Source: the human T2T-CHM13v2.0 reference genome, Homo sapiens
Direction: 5' to 3' (one strand)
DNA length: 64,000 bases
Assembly (NCBI RefSeq): GCF_009914755.1
Contig: NC_060948.1
A model generated the notes under the pieces. That model was not told the origin of the DNA, made no database searches, and saw only the letters and a program-made list of their open reading frames with translations. This document shows positions 13,768 through 28,001 of this stretch, piece after piece. The position numbers were made by a program, and so were the translations under genes. Numbering within the stretch: position 1 is the stretch's first letter; each line of letters begins with the position of its first letter.

Positions 13768-16700
13768 ATGGAATCAAATCAATAGAATCAAATCAAATGG
13801 AATGGAAAGGAATTGAATGGAGTAGATTGGATTGGATGGGATTGGAATGAAATGTACTGGAAAGGACTCGAATTTCACGAAACGGAATGGAATGAATTGG
13901 AACGGAATGGACTCGAATGGAATGGAATGTCATGGAATGGCATCAAATGGAATGGCATCAAATGGAATGGAATCGAATGCAATGGAATGCTATGGAATGG
14001 AATGGAATGCATTGGAATGGAATGTCCTCTAATGGAATGGATTCGAGTGGAATGGAATCGAATATAATGGAGTCGAATGAAATGGAATTGAAAGGAATGG
14101 GATCGAATAGAATGGAATATACTGGAATGTAATGTAATGAACTCGAATGTAATTGACTGGAATGGAATGTACATGAATGGAATGTAATCGAATGGAAAGT
14201 AATCCAATGGAATAGAATCTAATGCAATAAAATCGACTCAGATAGAGTAGAATGTAATGGAATGGAGTGCAGTGCAATGGAATGGAATGGAATGGAATGC
14301 AATGGAATGGAATGGAATGGAATGGAATGGAATGGAATGGGATGGGATGGAATGGTATGGAATGGATAGTAATGGACTGGAGTGAAATGGACTGGAAAGG
14401 AATGGACTCAAATTGAAAGGGCTCGAAAGGAATGGAGTCAAATGGAATGGTCTGGAATGGAATGAACACGAATGTAATGCAATCCAATAGAATGGAATCG
14501 AATGGCATGGGATATAAAGAAATGGAATCGAAGAGAATGGAAACAAATGGAATGGAATTGAATGGAATGGAATTGAATGGAATGGGAACGAATGGAGTGA
14601 AATTGTATGCAGTAGAAGGGAATAGAATGGAATGCAAGCGAAAGGAAAGGAATGGATTGGAATAGAATGGAATTCATTGGAATGGAAGGGAATGTAGTTT
14701 AATGGACAGGCCTGGAATAAAGTGGAATGCTACGGTCTCGAATGGAATAAAAATGTATGGAATGGAATGCAATGAAACGGAATCGAATGTCATAGAATGT
14801 AATGGAATGCAAAAAAATGGAATCCAAAATCATTGACTGGAAAGGCTGGGTGTCGAAAGGAATTGACTCCAATGGAATGGAATCGAATGGAATGGAAGTG
14901 AATAGAATCGAACTAAATCGAATGGAATGGAATTGATAGGAACGGAATGGAAAGGAATGCAATGATTTGGCATGGAATGGAATCGAATGGCATCGAATGG
15001 AATGGAATGGAATGCAATGGAATGGAATGTATTAGAATGTAATGAACTTTAATGGAATGTACTCGAATGGATTCGACTGGAATGGAATGTTCTGGAAGTG
15101 AATGGACTCCAATGGAATGGATTCAAAAGGAATGGAATCGTACGGAATGGAATCTAATGGAATGGAATTAAATGGAAATGAATCAAATTGAATAGCACGG
15201 AATTGAATTGAATGGAATCGAATGCAATGGAATCAAATGAAACGGAAAGGAAAGGAATGGAATGGAATGGAATGGGCTGGAATGGAAAGGAATCGAAACG
15301 AATGGAATGGAATCGAACTGAAGAGACTGGAATGGAATGCACTGGAATGGAAGGGAGTGTAATGGAAGGTTCTCGAAAAAAATGGAATCGAATGGAATGG
15401 AATTGAATGGAACGGAATAGAGTCGAATGGAATTGAATGGAATGGAATGGACTAGAGTGAAATGGAATCGAACCACAAGGAATGGACAGGAATAGAATGG
15501 TCTCGAATTGAATGGAATCGTATGGAATGGCATCAAACGGAATGGAATGGACAGCCACGGAATGGAATGCACTCGAATGCAATGGAGTCGAAACTAATGG
15601 ACTGGAATAGAATGGACTCGACTGGTACGGACTCCAATGGAATGGAATCGAATGGAAGGGAATCGAACGGAATGGCCTCGAAGGGAAAAGACTGCAATGG
15701 AAAGGTCTCGAATGGAATGGAAATTAATGGAATGGAATGGAATCGAATGAAATGGAGTCAAAAGGAATGGAATCGAATGGCAAGAAATCGAATGTAATGG
15801 AATCGCAAGGAATTGATGTGAACGGAACGGAATGGAATGGAATCCAAAGGAATGGAATAGAATGGAATGGAATCGAATGGAAAGGACTCGAATGGAAATC
15901 ACTCGAATAGAATGCAATTTAATAAAATAGGATCAAATGTAATGGAATGGAATGGAAAGGAATCGAAACGAAAGGAATGGAGACAGATGGAATGGAATGG
16001 AACAGAGAGCAATGGTATAGAATGGAATGGAATCATCTGGAATGGAATTGAATGGAATGGAATAATATGAAATGGAATGGAATGGAATGGAATGGAATGC
16101 CCTTGAATTAAATGGACTGCACTCGAACAGAGTGGAACGGAAAGTGTTGAGATAGAATGGAATGGACTCCTTTAGAATGGTCTAGTATGCAATGCAATCG
16201 ACTGGCAGGGAATCAAAAGGAATGTAATGGAATGGATTGGACTGGAATGCAATGGACTCGAATAGATTGGAAACGGAATGCAAAGGAATGGAATGGAATA
16301 GTATGGAATGGAATGGAAAGGAACGGAGTGGAATAGACTAGAGTGGAATGGAATGGACTGGAAAGCAATGGACTGGAATGGAACTTTCTTGAATGGACTG
16401 GAATCAAACGGAATGGAATGCAATGCAATCAAATGGCATGGAATAAAATAGAATGAAAGAGAATCAAATGGAATTGAATCGAATGGAATCGAATGGATTG
16501 GAAAGGAATAGAATGGAATGGAATGGAATTGACTCAAATGGAATGGACTAGAATGGAAAGGATTCGAATGGAAGGCAAAGGAATGGAATCTATTGGAATG
16601 GACTGTAATGGAATGGAATGGAAGGGATTGGAATGGACTCGAATGGAATGGACTGCAATAGAAAGGATGCGAATGGAATGAAAAAGAATTGAATGGAATA

Positions 16701-17314
16701 GAACAGAATGGAATCAAATCGAATGAAATGGAATGGAATAGAAAGGAATGGAATGAAATGGAATGGAAAGGATTCGAATGGAATGCAATCGAATGGAATG
16801 GAATCGAACGGAATGGAATAAAATGGAAGAAAACTGGCAAGAAATGGAATCGAAATGGATTATGGAACGGACTCAAAAGGAATTGAATGTAATAGAATGG
16901 AGTGGAGTGGACTCGAATATAATGGACTGGAATGGAATGAAATCACATGGAATGGGAACGAATGGAATGGAATGGAAAGGAATGGAATCGAATGGAAAGG
17001 AATCGAATGGAAGGGAATGAAATTGAATCAACAGGAATGGAAGGGAATAGAATAGACGGTAATGGAATGGACTCGAATAGAATGGACACGAATGCTCAAA
17101 TTGAATGGACTCGAATGGAATGGAAACGAAAGGAATGTCATCGAATGGAATTGAATCGATTGGAATGAAATCGCATAGAATGGAGTGGAATCAAATGGAA
17201 TTGAATCGAAAGGAAAGGAAGCGAATGGACTGAAATGAAATGGAATGGAATTGAATGGAAAGTAATGCAATGGAATAGAATGGAACGAAATTTCACGGAA
17301 TGGAATCAAACTGA
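13768..17314 (+). repeat. DYZ1 unit 5 (3547 bp)
   Basis: Has a 10-bp deletion (~16115), a net 7-bp deletion (~16858) and an extra HaeIII site at 15674. Confidence 0.9.
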
Positions 17315-20300
17315 ATGGAATCAAATCAATGGAATCAAATCAAATGGAATGGAAAGGAATTGAATGGAGTAGATTGGATTGGATGGGATTGGAATGAAAT
17401 GTACTGGAAAGGACTCGAATTTCATGAAACGGAATGGAATGAATTGGAACGGAATGGACTCGAATGGAATGGAATGTCATGGAATGGCATCAAATGGAAT
17501 GGCATCAAATGGAATGGAATCGAATGCAATGGAATGCTATGGAATGGAATGGAATGCATTGGAATGGAATGTCCTCTAATGGAATGGATTCGAGTGGAAT
17601 GGAATCGAATATAATGGAGTCGAATGAAATGGAATTGAAAGGAATGGGATCGAATACAATGGAATATACTGGAATGTAATGTAATGAACTCGAATGTAAT
17701 TGACTGGAATGGAATGTACATGAATGGAATGTAATCGAATGGAAAGTAATCCAATGGAATAGAATCTAATGCAATAAAATCGACTCAGATAGAGTAGAAT
17801 GTAATGGAATGGAGTGCAGTGCAATGGAATGGAATGGAATGGAATGCAATGGAATGGAATGGAATGGAATGGAATGGAATGGAATGGGATGGGATGGAAT
17901 GGTATGGAATGGATAGTAATGGACTGGAGTGAAATGGACTGGAAAGGAATGGACTCAAATTGAAAGGGCTCGAAAGGAATGGAGTCAAATGGAATGGTCT
18001 GGAATGGAATGAACACGAATGTAATGCAATCCAATAGAATGGAATCGAATGGCATGGGATATAAAGAAATGGAATCGAAGAGAATGGAAACAAATGGAAT
18101 GGAATTGAATGGAATGGAATTGAATGGAATGGGAACGAATGGAGTGAAATTGTATGCAGTAGAAGAGAATAGAATGGAATGCAAGCGAAAGGAAAGGAAT
18201 GGATTGGAATGGAATGGAATTCATTGGAATGGAAGGGAATGTAGTGTAATGGACAGGCCTGGAATAAAGTGGAATGCTACGGTCTCGAATGGAATAAAAA
18301 TGTATGGAATGGAATGCAATGAAACGGAATCGAATGTCATAGAATGTAATGGAATGCAAAAAAATGGAATCCAAAATCATTGACTGGAAAGGCTGGGTGT
18401 CGAAAGGAATTGACTCCAATGGAATGGAATCGAATGGAATGGAAGTGAATAGAATCGAACTAAATCGAATGGAATGGAATTGATAGGAACGGAATGGAAA
18501 GGAATGCAATGATTTGGCATGGAATGGAATCGAATGGCATCGAATGGAATGGAATGGAATGCAATGGAATGGAATGTATTAGAATGTAATGAACTTTAAT
18601 GGAATGTACTCGAATGGATTCGACTGGAATGGAATGTTCTGGAAGTGAATGGACTCCAATGGAATGGATTCAAAAGGAATGGAATCGTACGGAATGGAAT
18701 CTAATGGAATGGAATTAAATGGTAATGAATCAAATTGAATAGCACGGAATTGAATTGAATGGAATGGAATGCAATGGAATCAAATGAAACGGAAAGGAAA
18801 GGAATGGAATGGAATGGAATGGGCTGGAATGGAAAGGAATCGAAACGAATGGAATGGAATCGAACTGAAGAGACTGGAATTGAATGCACTGGAATGGAAG
18901 GGAGTATAATGGAAGGTTCTCGAAAAAAATGGAATCGAATGGAATGGAATTGAATGGAACGGAATAGAGTCGAATGGAATTGAATGGAATGGAATGGACT
19001 AGAGTGAAATGGAATCGAACCACAAGGAATGGACAGGAATAGAATGGTCTCGAATTGAATGGAATCGTATGGAATGGCATCAAACGGAATGGAATGGACA
19101 GCCACGGAATGGAATGCACTCGAATGCAATGGAGTCGAAACTAATGGACTGGAATAGAATGGACTCGATTGGTACGGACTCCAATGGAATGGAATCGAAT
19201 GGAAGGGAATCGAACGGAATGGCCTCGAAGGGAAAAGACTGCAATGGAAAGGTCTCGAATGGAATGGAAATTAATGGAATGGAATGGAATCGAATGAAAT
19301 GGAGTCAAAAGGAATGGAATCGAATGGCAAGAAATCGAATGTAATGGAATCGCAAGGAATTGATGTGAACGGAACGGAATGGAATGGAATCCAAAGGAAT
19401 GGAATAGAATGGAATGGAATCGAATGGAAAGGACTCGAATGGAAATCACTCGAATAGAATGCAATTTAATAAAATAGGATCAAATGTAATGGAATGGAAT
19501 GGAAAGGAATCGAAACGAAAGGAATGGAGACAGATGGAATGGAATGGAACAGAGAGCAATGGTATAGAATGGAATGAAATCATCTGGAATGGAATTGAAT
19601 GGAATGGAATAATATGAAATGGAATGGAATGGAATGGAATGGAATGCCCTTGAATTAAATGGACTGGAATGGAATGGACTCGAACAGAGTGGAATAGAAA
19701 GTGTTGAGATAGAATGGAATGGACTCCTTTGGAATGGTCTAGTATGCAATGCAATCGACTGGCAGGGAATCAAAAGGAATGTAATCGAATGGATTGGACT
19801 GGAATGCAATGGACTCGAATAGATTGGAAACGGAATGCAAAGGAATGGAATGGAATAGTATGGAATGGAATGGAAAGGAACGGAGTGGAATAGACTAGAG
19901 TGGAATGGAATGGACTGGAAAGCAATGGACTGGAATGGAACTTTCTTGAATGGACTGGAATCAAACGGAATGGAATGCAATGCAATCAAATGGCATGGAA
20001 TAAAATAGAATGAAAGAGAATCAAATGGAATTGAATCGAATGGAATCGAATGGATTGGAAAGGAATAGAATGGAATGGAATGGAATTGACTCAAATGGAA
20101 TGGACTAGAATGGAATGGATTCGAATGGAAGGCAAAGGAATGGAATCTATTGGAATGGACTGTAATGGAATGGAATGGAAGGGATTGGAATGGACTCGAA
20201 TGGAATGGACTGCAGTAGAAAGGATTCGAATGGAATGAAAAAGAATTGAATGGAATAGAACAGAATGGAATCAAATCGAATGAAATGGAATGGAATAGAG

Positions 20301-20878
20301 AGGAATGGAATGAAATGGAATGGAAAGGATTCGAATGGAATGCAATCGAATGGAATGGAATCGAACGGAATGGAATAAAATGGAAGAAAACTGGCAAGAA
20401 ATGGAATCGAAATGAATGGAGTGTTATGGAACGGACTCAAAAGGAATTGAATGTAATAGAATGGAGTGGAGTGGACTCGAATATAATGGACTGGAATGGA
20501 ATGAAATCACATGGAATGGGAACGAATGGAATGGAATGGAAAGGAATGGAATCGAATGGAAAGGAATCGAATGGAAGGGAATGAAATTGAATCAACAGGA
20601 ATGGAAGGGAATAGAATAGACGGTAATGGAATGGACTCGAATAGAATGGACACGAATGCTCAAATTGAATGGACTCGAATGGAATGGAAACGAAAGGAAT
20701 GTCATCGAATGGAATTGAATCGATTGGAATGAAATCGCATAGAATGGAGTGGAATCAAATGGAATTGAATCGAAAGGAAAGGAAGCGAATGGACTGAAAT
20801 GAAATGGAATGGAATTGAATGGAAAGTAATGCAATGGAATAGAATGGAACGAAATTTCACGGAATGGAATCAAACTGA
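17315..20878 (+). repeat. DYZ1 unit 6 (3564 bp)
   Basis: Landmark spacing. Extra HaeIII site at 19221. Confidence 0.9.
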
Positions 20879-23800
20879 ATGGAATCAAATCAATGGAATC
20901 AAATCAAATGGAATGGAAAGGAATTGAATGGAGTAGAGTGGATTGGATGGGATTGGAATGAAATGTACTGGAAAGGACTCGAATTTCATGAAACGGAATG
21001 GAATGAATTGGAACGGAATGCACTCGAATGGAATGGAATGTCATGGAATGGCATCAAATGGAATGGCATCAAATGGAATGGAATCGAATGCAATGGAATG
21101 CTATGGAATGGAATGGAATGCATTGGAATGGAATGTCCTCTAATGGAATGGATTCGAGTGGAATGGAATCGAATATAATGGAGTCGAATGAAATGGAATT
21201 GAAAGGAATGGGATCGAATACAATGGAATATACTGGAATGTAATGTAATGAACTCGAATGTAATTGACTGGAATGGAATGTACATGAATGGAATGTAATC
21301 GAATGGAAAGTAATCCAATGGAATAGAATCTAATGCAATAAAATCGACTCAGATAGAGTAGAATGTAATGGAATGGAGTGCAGTGCAATGGAATGGAATG
21401 GAATGGAATGCAATGGAATGGAATGGAATGGAATGGAATGGAATGGAATGGAATGGGATGGGATGGAATGGTATGGAATGGATAGTAATGGACTGGAGTG
21501 AAATGGACTGGAAAGGAATGGACTCAAATTGAAAGGGCTCGAAAGGAATGGAGTCAAATGGAATGGTCTGGAATGGAATGAACACGAATGTAATGCAATC
21601 CAATAGAATGGAATCGAATGGCATGGAATATAAAGAAATGGAATCGAAGAGAATGGAAACAAATGGAATGGAATTGAATGGAATGGAATTGAATGGAATG
21701 GGAACGAATGGAGTGAAATTGTATGCAGTAGAAGGGAATAGAATGGAATGCAAGCGAAAGGAAAGGAATGGATTGGAATGGAATGGAATTCATTGGAATG
21801 GAAGGGAATGTAGTTTAATGGACAGGCCTGGAATAAAGTGGAATGCTACGGTCTCGAATGGAATAAAAATGTATGGAATGGAATGCAATGAAACGGAATC
21901 GAATGTCATAGAATGTAATGGAATGCAAAAAAATGGAATCCAAAATCATTGACTGGAAAGGCTGGGTGTCGAAAGGAATTGACTCCAATGGAATGGAATC
22001 GAATGGAATGGAAGTGAATAGAATCGAACTAAATCGAATGGAATGGAATTGATAGGAACGGAATGGAAAGGAATGCAATGATTTGGCATGGAATGGAATC
22101 GAATGGCATCGAATGGAATGGAATGGAATGCAATGGAATGGAATGTATTAGAATGTAATGAACTTTAATGGAATGTACTCGAATGGATTCGACTGGAATG
22201 GAATGTTCTGGAAGTGAATGGACTCCAATGGAATGGATTCAAAAGGAATGGAATCGTACGGAATGGAATCTAATGGAATGGAATTAAATGGAAATGAATC
22301 AAATTGAATAGCACGGAATTGAATTGAATGGAATCGAATGCAATGGAATCAAATGAAACGGAAAGGAAAGGAATGGAATGGAATGGAATGGGCTGGAATG
22401 GAAAGGAATCGAAACGAATGGAATGGAATCGAACTGAAGAGACTGGAATGGAATGCACTGGAATGGAAGGGAGTGTAATGGAAGGTTCTCGAAAAAAATG
22501 GAATCGAATGGAATGGAATTGAATGGAATGGAATAGAGTCGAATGGAATTGAATGGAATGGAATGGACTAGAGTGAAATGGAATCGAACCACAAGGAATG
22601 GACAGGAATAGAATGGTCTCGAATTGAATGGAATCGTATGGAATGGCATCAAACGGAATGGAATGGACAGCCACGGAATGGAATGCACTCGAATGCAATG
22701 GAGTCGAAACTAATGGACTGGAATAGAATGGACTCGACTGGTACGGACTCCAATGGAATGGAATCGAATGGAAGGGAATCGAACGGAATGGCCTCGAAGG
22801 GAAAAGACTGCAATGGAAAGGTCTCGAATGGAATGGAAATTAATGGAATGGAATGGAATCGAATGAAATGGAGTCAAAAGGAATGGAATCGAATGGCAAG
22901 AAATCGAATGTAATGGAATCGCAAGGAATTGATGTGAACGGAACGGAATGGAATGGAATCCAAAGGAATGGAATAGAATGGAATGGAATCGAATGGAAAG
23001 GACTCGAATGGAAATCACTCGAATAGAATGCAATTTAATAAAATAGGATCAAATGTAATGGAATGGAATGGAAAGGAATCGAAACGAAAGGAATGGAGAC
23101 AGATGGAATGGAATGGAACAGAGAGCAATGGTATAGAATGGAATGGAATCATCTGGAATGGAATTGAATGGAATGGAATAATATGAAATGGAATGGAATG
23201 GAATGGAATGGAATGCCCTTGAATTAAATGGACTGCACTCGAACAGAGTGGAACGGAAAGTGTTGAGATAGAATGGAATGGACTCCTTTAGAATGGTCTA
23301 GTATGCAATGCAATCGACTGGCAGGGAATCAAAAGGAATGTAATGGAATGGATTGGACTGGAATGCAATGGACTCGAATAGATTGGAAACGGAATGCAAA
23401 GGAATGGAATGGAATAGTATGGAATGGAATGGAAAGGAACGGAGTGGAATAGACTAGAGTGGAATGGAATGGACTGGAAAGCAATGGACTGGAATGGAAC
23501 TTTCTTGAATGGACTGGAATCAAACGGAATGGAATGCAATGCAATCAAATGGCATGGAATAAAATAGAATGAAAGAGAATCAAATGGAATTGAATCGAAT
23601 GGAATCGAATGGATTGGAAAGGAATAGAATGGAATGGAATGGAATTGACTCAAATGGAATGGACTAGAATGGAATGGATTCGAATGGAAGGCAAAGGAAT
23701 GGAATCTATTGGAATGGACTGTAATGGAATGGAATGGAAGGGATTGGAATGGACTCGAATGGAATGGACTGCAATAGAAAGGATGCGAATGGAATGAAAA

Positions 23801-24437
23801 AGAATTGAATGGAATAGAACAGAATGGAATCAAATCGAATGAAATGGAATGGAATAGAAAGGAATGGAATGAAATGGAATGGAAAGGATTCGAATGGAAT
23901 GCAATCGAATGGAATGGAATCGAACGGAATGGAATAAAATGGAAGAAAACTGGCAAGAAATGGAATCGAAATGAATGGAGTGTTATGGAACGGACTCAAA
24001 AGGAATTGAATGTAATAGAATGGAGTGGAGTGGACTCGAATATAATGGACTGGAATGGAATGAAATCACATGGAATGGGAACGAATGGAATGGAATGGAA
24101 AGGAATGGAATCGAATGGAAAGGAATCGAATGGAAGGGAATGAAATTGAATCAACAGGAATGGAAGGGAATAGAATAGACGGTAATGGAATGGACTCGAA
24201 TAGAATGGACACGAATGCTCAAATTGAATGGACTCGAATGGAATGGAAACGAAAGGAATGTCATCGAATGGAATTGAATCGATTGGAATGAAATCGCATA
24301 GAATGGAGTGGAATCAAATGGAATTGAATCGAAAGGAAAGGAAGCGAATGGACTGAAATGAAATGGAATGGAATTGAATGGAAAGTAATGCAATGGAATA
24401 GAATGGAACGAAATTTCACGGAATGGAATCAAACTGA
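20879..24437 (+). repeat. DYZ1 unit 7 (3559 bp)
   Basis: Shares the 10-bp deletion and several SNVs with unit 5. Extra HaeIII site at 22790. Confidence 0.9.
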
Positions 24438-27400
24438 ATGGAATCAAATCAATGGAATCAAATCAAATGGAATGGAAAGGAATTGAATGGAGTAGATTGG
24501 ATTGGATGGGATTGGAATGAAATGTACTGGAAAGGACTCGAATTTCATGAAACGGAATGGAATGAATTGGAACGGAATGGACTCGAATGGAATGGAATGT
24601 CATGGAATGGCATCAAATGGAATGGCATCAAATGGAATGGAATCGAATGCAATGGAATGCTATGGAATGGAATGGAATGCATTGGAATGGAATGTCCTCT
24701 AATGGAATGGATTCGAGTGGAATGGAATCGAATATAATGGAGTCGAATGAAATGGAATTGAAAGGAATGGGATTGAATACAATGGAATATACTGGAATGT
24801 AATGTAATGAACTCGAATGTAATTGACTGGAATGGAATGTACATGAATGGAATGTAATCGAATGGAAAGTAATCCAATGGAATAGAATCTAATGCAATAA
24901 AATCGACTCAGATAGAGTAGAATGTAATGGAATGGAGTGCAGTGCAATGGAATGGAATGGAATGGAATGCAATGGAATGGAATGGAATGGAATGGAATGG
25001 AATGGAATGGAATGGGATGGGATGGAATGGTATGGAATGGATAGTAATGGACTGGAGTGAAATGGACTGGAAAGGAATGGACTCAAATTGAAAGGGCTCG
25101 AAAGGAATGGAGTCAAATGGAATGGTCTGGAATGGAATGAACACGAATGTAATGCAATCCAATAGAATGGAGTCGAATGGCAGGGAATATAAAGAAATGG
25201 AATCGAAGAGAATGGAAACAAATGGAATGGAATTGAATGGAAAGGAATTGAATGGAATGGGAACGAATGGAGTGAAATTGTATGCAGTAGAAGAGAATAG
25301 AATGGAATGCAAGCGAAAGGAAAGGAATGGATTGGAATGGAATGGAATTCATTGGAATGGAAGGGAATGTAGTGTAATGGACAGGCCTGGAATAAAGTGG
25401 AATGCTACGGTCTCGAATGGAATAAAAATGTATGGAATGGAATGCAATGAAACGGAATGGAATGTCATAGAATGTAATGGAATGCAAAAAAATGGAATCC
25501 AAAATCATTGACTGGAAAGGCTGGGTGTCGAATGGAATTGACTCCAATGGAATGGAATCGAATGGAATGGAAGTGAATAGAATCAAACTAAATCGAATGG
25601 AATGGAATTGATAGGAACGGAATGGAAAGGAATGCAATGATTTTGCATGGAATGGAATCGAATGGCATCAAATGGAATGGAATGGAATGCAATGGAATGG
25701 AATGTATTAGAATGTAATGAACTTTAATGGAATATACTCGAATGGATTCGACTGGAATGGAATGTTCTGGAAGTGAATGGACTCCAATGGAATGGATTCA
25801 AAAGGAATGGAATCGTACGGAATGGAATCTAATGGAATGGAATTAAATGGAAATGAATCAAATTGAATAGCACGGAATTGAATTGAATGGAATGGAATGC
25901 AATGGAATCTAATGAAACGGAAAGGAAAGGAATGGAATGGAATGGAATGGGCTGGAATGGAAAGGAATCGAAACGAATGGAATGGAATCGAACTGAAGAG
26001 ACTGGAATGGAAAGCACTGGAATGGAAGGGAGTGTAATGGAAGGTTCTCGAAAAAAATGGAATCGAATGGAATGCAATTGAATGGAACGGAATAGAGTCG
26101 AATGCAATTGAAAGGAATGGAATGGACTAGAGTGAAATGGAATCGAACCACAAGGAATGGACAGGAATAGAATGGTCTCGAATTGAATGGAATCGTATGG
26201 AATGGCATCAAACGGAATGGAATGGACAGCCACGGAATGGAATGCACTCGAATGCAATGGAGTCGAAACTAATGGACTGGAATAGAATGGACTCGACTGG
26301 TAAGGACTCCAATGGAATGGAATCGAATGGAAGGGAAACGAACGGAATGGAATCGAAGGGAAAAGACTGCAATGGAAAGGTCTCGAATGGAATGGAAAAT
26401 AATGGAATGGAATGGAATCGAATGAAATGGAGGCAAAAGGAATGGAATCGAATGGCAAGAAATCGAATGTAATGGAATCGCAAAGAATTTATGTGAACGG
26501 AACGGAATGGAATGGAATCCAAAGGAATGGAATAGAATGGAATGGAATCGAATGGAAAGGACTCGAATGGAAATCACTCGAATAGAATGCAATTTAATAA
26601 AATAGGATCAAATGTAATGGAATGGAATGGAAAGGAATCGAAACGAAAGGAATGGAGACAGATGGAATGGAATGGAACAGAGAGCAATGGTATAGAATGG
26701 AATGGAATCATCTGGAATGGAATTGAATGGAATGGAATAATATGAAATGGAATGGAATGGAATGGAATGCCCTTGAATTAAATGGACTGGAATGGAATGG
26801 ACTCGAACAGAGTGGAATGGAAAGTGTTGAGATAGAATGGAATGGACTCCTTTGGAATGGTCTAGTATGCAATGCAATCGACTGGCAGGGAAACAAAAGG
26901 AATGTAATCGAATGGATTGGACTGGAATGCAATGGACTCGAATAGATTGGAAACGGAATGCAAAGGAATGGAATGGAATAGTATGGAATGGAATGGAAAG
27001 GAATGGAGTGGAATAGACTAGAGTGGAATGGAATGGACTCGAAAGCAATGGACTGGAATGGAACTTACTTGAATGGACTGGAATCAAACGGAATGGAATG
27101 CAATGCAATCAAATGGCATGGAATAAGATAGAATGAAAGAGAATCAAATGGAATTGAATCGAATGGAATCGAATGGATTGGAAAGGAATAGAATGGAATG
27201 GAATGGAATTGACTCAAATGGAATGGACTAGAATGGAATGGATTCGAATGGAAGGCAAAGGAATGGAATCTATTGGAATGGACTGTAATGGAATGCAATG
27301 GAAGGGATTGGAATGGACTCGAATGGAATGGACTGCAATAGAAAGGATTCGAATGGAATGAAAAAGAATTGAATGGAATAGAACAGAATGGAATCAAATC

Positions 27401-28001
27401 GAATGAAATGGAATGGAATAGAAAGGAATGGAATGAAATGGAATGGAAAGGATTCGAATGGAATGCAATCGAATGGAATGGAATCGAACGGAATGGAATA
27501 AAATGGAAGAAAACTGGCAAGAAATGGAATCGAAATGAATGGAGTGTTATGGAATGGACGCAAAAGGAATTGAATGTAATAGAATGGAGTGGAGTGGACT
27601 CGAATATAATGGACTGGAATGGAATGAAATCACACGGAATGGGAACGAATGGAATGGAATGGAAAGGAATGGAATCGAATGGAAAGGAATCGAATGGAGG
27701 GGAATGAAATTGAATCAACAGGAATGGAAGGGAATAGAATAGACGGTAATGGAATGGACTCGAATAGAATGGACACGAATGCTCAAATTGAATGGACTCG
27801 AATGGAATGGAAAGGAAAGGAATGTCATCGAATGGAATTGAATCGATTGGAATGAAATCGCATAGAATGGAGTGGAATCAAATGGAATTGAATCGAAAGG
27901 AAAGGAAGCGAATGGACTGAAATGAAATGGAATGGAATTGAATGAAAAGTAATGCAATGGAATAGAGTGGAACGAAATTTCACGGAATGGAATCAAACTG
28001 A
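24438..28001 (+). repeat. DYZ1 unit 8 (3564 bp)
   Basis: Landmark spacing. Many private substitutions. Confidence 0.9.
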
